From contig JADIIX010000168.1 in the NCBI GenBank assembly GCA_027604505.1, positions 1 to 41,220 on the forward strand: a DNA stretch of 41,220 nucleotides. The letters are read 5' to 3'. Origin of the DNA: Gonapodya sp. JEL0774. Lineage: Eukaryota. Each line of letters begins with the position of its first letter. Position 1 is the stretch's first letter. The translations under genes and the position numbers were made by a program. Shown one piece after another: positions 38,149 through 41,220 of this stretch. The notes beneath the pieces are model-generated. The model was not told the origin of the DNA. It saw nothing but the letters and a program-made list of their open reading frames with translations, and did no database searches.

Positions 38149-39270
38149 GTTGCAACCTCAATATATTAGCTGCTGTGAATCACGATCTCTTCCTTTTACA
38201 TTCCAATCAACGCTAGCATGCGAACGTCGACAATTTAGCTAGCGAATGTGCCTCAAAGGGTAGTCATCAGTGCGGTTGTCGGTGATAGCTGACTGCGCAA
38301 ACATCCGAGGGGCAACCCGCGGTGGGGTCGGAGGGAGCTTGTCCTCGGAATACGCAGTTCTCGGAGTGAAATCACTCACGGCCCCGGGGGAAGCGAGACT
38401 TAGAAATGAGTGATCATTTGTGAGCCAAGAGAGGAGAATGGAAGGACAACACAGAGACCGTCAGTGAATTCGTACACGGTTGTCAATAACTACCTGCAAA
38501 TATCCAAGAACGAATAATAACACGTGCCGAAACATAGGAGAAGCTTAACGACTCCCCAAAACACCGTGATTATACGCAAGCAACCTCGTAGGTGTGGACT
38601 GGTTGATCTGAACTAACGACAAACACTCACAGATTTCCAACCACAGGTCCGAGAACACCCGCTATATCCTCGTGTTTATAAGTGACTGTTTGAGGATAGG
38701 CCCTCCTCTCATCTCTCGGGAAATAGTAGTAGGAGGTCGACTTCTCTTGGCCACTTTTTCGAGCGTCTTTCAGCAGGGGTTTCGCATAAGCTGGCTGGTT
38801 CCTGTTAGGCATGTACCAAAGAGGGTGAGACGCACAAAGAATGATGCCGATGGCGAAAGAGGCAGGAGGACAGTCTTTTGAGGGGACACCGAGTTCTTTG
38901 AACGCAGCCAGACACTCACCCGGGCGCCGTGGCACGGAACTCCGAAGGAGAGGGGACCGAGTAGGTCTCCCAATAGTCTGGATTCTGAGCCGATAAGAGT
39001 GTGATGACGATGTGCCCGTCAGTGCAATGGAATTCAGTCCCAGAACTATGGTGGGAACAAGTGATGGACTCTTCTCACAATCATCGTAAACCAGCGGAGA
39101 TCCTTGAGGCTAGTTGGGATGAATACATGAGAACGGATCCATTGGAGCGCCATGACGCCGATTCTGATTGTGCTAATGTGGGAGGCACTCCCCAACGAAA
39201 CATGGAGAAAATTTAGCTGTGATTTATTTGAGTAGCTCCGTCTTCTAATAGGTAAAGCTAATGCTCTTTC

Positions 39271-40884
39271 TCATAGAAGAAGACCGAAAGGGTATCCTGT
39301 AATATTTGGAGAATGCATCCACACTCAATAACCGTCATGTGAGTGCCGAAGAATAGACATTTAGGCCGTACCTCCATTCTTTCTCTTGAACACTGCGAAT
39401 AGCCATGACAGGAGGAACATAAAGATGCCAAGCAAAGCCAATGGTCCCCATTGCCCAACGAGCCCTTTCAGGTCTCGCACATGAACAAGACCCACGAAGG
39501 ACAGAGAAACAAGGGCGTCTTGGCAGGTAAGGCAAAGTGTGAAAAGCGAGGAATAATCAGACTTGCAACAACCAAACGCAAGCATTATACTGATGCTCAC
39601 ACATCAACCCAATAACTTGAGTCTCAACGACGTATTGATTTCCGAATCCGGGAGCGATGACCTCCGGTTTTCCGTCACGTACACCAACGTACTCAGCTCC
39701 CCGGATCGAGTTCCACATGGTTGCTGATGTCATCATGATAATGAATACCTTAAGAATGGAAGAAGCGCACGTGAGCAACCTTTACCAGAAATGCTTTGAT
39801 GTTTGAGATGATCCCACGCCCAGAGTAAAATTGCGCCCAGTTCAAATTTCCATTTGCATTTCGTCACAATGCCTCCTCTGCTCCCAAACCGACTCCACGA
39901 AAACAACTCACCATACCAGTCACCATCCACACGATCTTACTCTGCAGCACCCAGAGGAAGTTGTCGGAAAACAACTTGCCCACAACAACGACCAACAAGA
40001 GGACGAATAATGCAGAGAAGATGGCCGCGTAGTTCAGAGGTTTTTTGTACCCTATCTATATGGGCCAGTAAAACTGTTGTTGGAACAGATAGTTCAGTCA
40101 CAAGAAAACGCGCAATCGCATCGCACCTTCACTTTTGCCACCGCCTCAACCCAACTTGCGAAGTCCTCCGCATCTTTGCCCCTGCAATACTCGTGGATTG
40201 ATCCGGGATACTTAAAAGATTGTCACAACTTTAAACCTCACTTTCGAGGAACATCATAAGTTTCTGGCTCCACTTTGTCGTTTGATCCTGATGGAGGGAA
40301 ATGGTAAACAATCGGTACGTTGCGGATTTGAAGCTGTCAGAACATGCGCTCGACCGGTCAAATCAGTTGGAAAGAACAAACGCTGCAGATTCCAGAGAAC
40401 TCACGGCACCAAATGTCTTTTGAGCATCCTTAAAATCCAGTACGCCAAAGAAGAGCGTGTTAGGGAGGCCCTGCCGCACCCATGCGGTCGTGACCTGCTT
40501 CAACTCGTGCTCAAAGTCCCTGTAGTCCCAGAGTGAGATCCATGTTGAAATTAAAAAGTTTAAGAGGAATGAAGACGAATAAAATAGACATGAGAGACCT
40601 TTATGTTGTAGGATTCCGGACCAAGATTGGGCGGATTTGACAAGTCACCTGCATATCTGGCAGTTCAGCTGCGGTTGCATTGCTGTAAGTACAATGACGA
40701 GACTATAGTTCCTCGGTTTTGATGTGAACAGCTCAAAGTCCTTTTCAGAGAAGGCAATCGGAGTGGATGGGCTGGAAGATATTCGTCCGTTCAGTTGGTC
40801 CAATTTCTTGGACGACGGTGCCGCCATTAAGGTTGAGACGTGCGTGAGGATGGTGATACATAAAAGGAAGCCATTAAACCGCAT
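39271..40884 (-). CDS. OST3: Oligosaccharyltransferase thioredoxin-like subunit, Ost3/Ost6 (MAGT1/TUSC3) family, multi-exon
   Basis: Signal peptide, KPRNYSLVIVLTA...CQIC (CxxC), LFFGVLDF, MTSATMWNSIRG, GFGNQYVVETQVIG and C-terminal FKRKNGGYPFGLL. Confidence 0.92.
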
Positions 40885-41220
40885 CTGGGAAACTGGGGGT
40901 CTCATTCGTCTGACAACCTCGTTTGACGAGGTTTTCAGAAGAGGATTAGACTCCCTACTTCTGGCTTCCGCTCCCCCAGCAACCACACCCAACCCCCACC
41001 AACGGTGACATTCCGCAACACTTTCCGCTCGAATAACAAAAGCGCTTTCGCGCTTGCGGGGGCACGCGCACTTAATGAGATGCAGCAAGATATAATAAAG
41101 AGAGAAACGCGCGAATTGCTTCTTCCACTGTGATTTCAGCGCTTAACGGGGAACTCCTATCTAGAATTCTTGTGCTACAATTGATTCCTACTCATGTCAC
41201 CGATCGGTGGTCTGAGAATA

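Noticed and set aside
38460..38500. Minus-strand cag|GTAGTTATTGACAAC (VVIDN) resembling actin exon 2
   Set aside because: Similarity ends after five codons; likely coincidence.
38560..38625. gattatacg...ttgatctg resembling a fungal TPP riboswitch
   Set aside because: Lacks the CTGAGA and AGCG core motifs, and no thiamine gene is adjacent.

Overview
Intron-rich, roughly 50% GC fungal genomic DNA. A fungal origin is indicated by a Zn2Cys6 transcription factor, a Cet1-type RNA triphosphatase and a Chs4/Skt5-like SEL1 protein; the lineage cannot be fixed from sequence alone. Recognisable genes, in order: CET1 (+), SEL1-repeat protein (-), EMC2 (-), PCBD (-), a low-complexity orphan (-), AIM41/YqeY (+), a YFH7-like P-loop kinase (-), a divergent actin (+), a Zn2Cys6 factor (+), UTP13 (+), a near-conventional actin (-), an AVT/SLC38 amino-acid transporter (+) and OST3/6 (-). 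Five things stand out. (1) The two actins share all nine intron positions, and the divergent copy has an intact frame but carries Q137P, H73R and D157Y. (2) About 8.9-14 kb is a strongly CpG-depleted, decayed intron-containing gene or element; a less mutated copy of its 5' end beside the actin promoter shows directional CpG->TpG/CpA erosion. (3) A 606-bp hAT-type MITE with an 8-bp TSD sits inside an inverted, intron-containing fragment of PCBD. (4) The two halves of a ~400-bp repeat recur 4.7 kb apart, either side of two genes. (5) An unexplained two-hairpin GC-rich intergenic segment lies near 38.3 kb. All gene models and alignments were read by eye, so exon boundaries are approximate.
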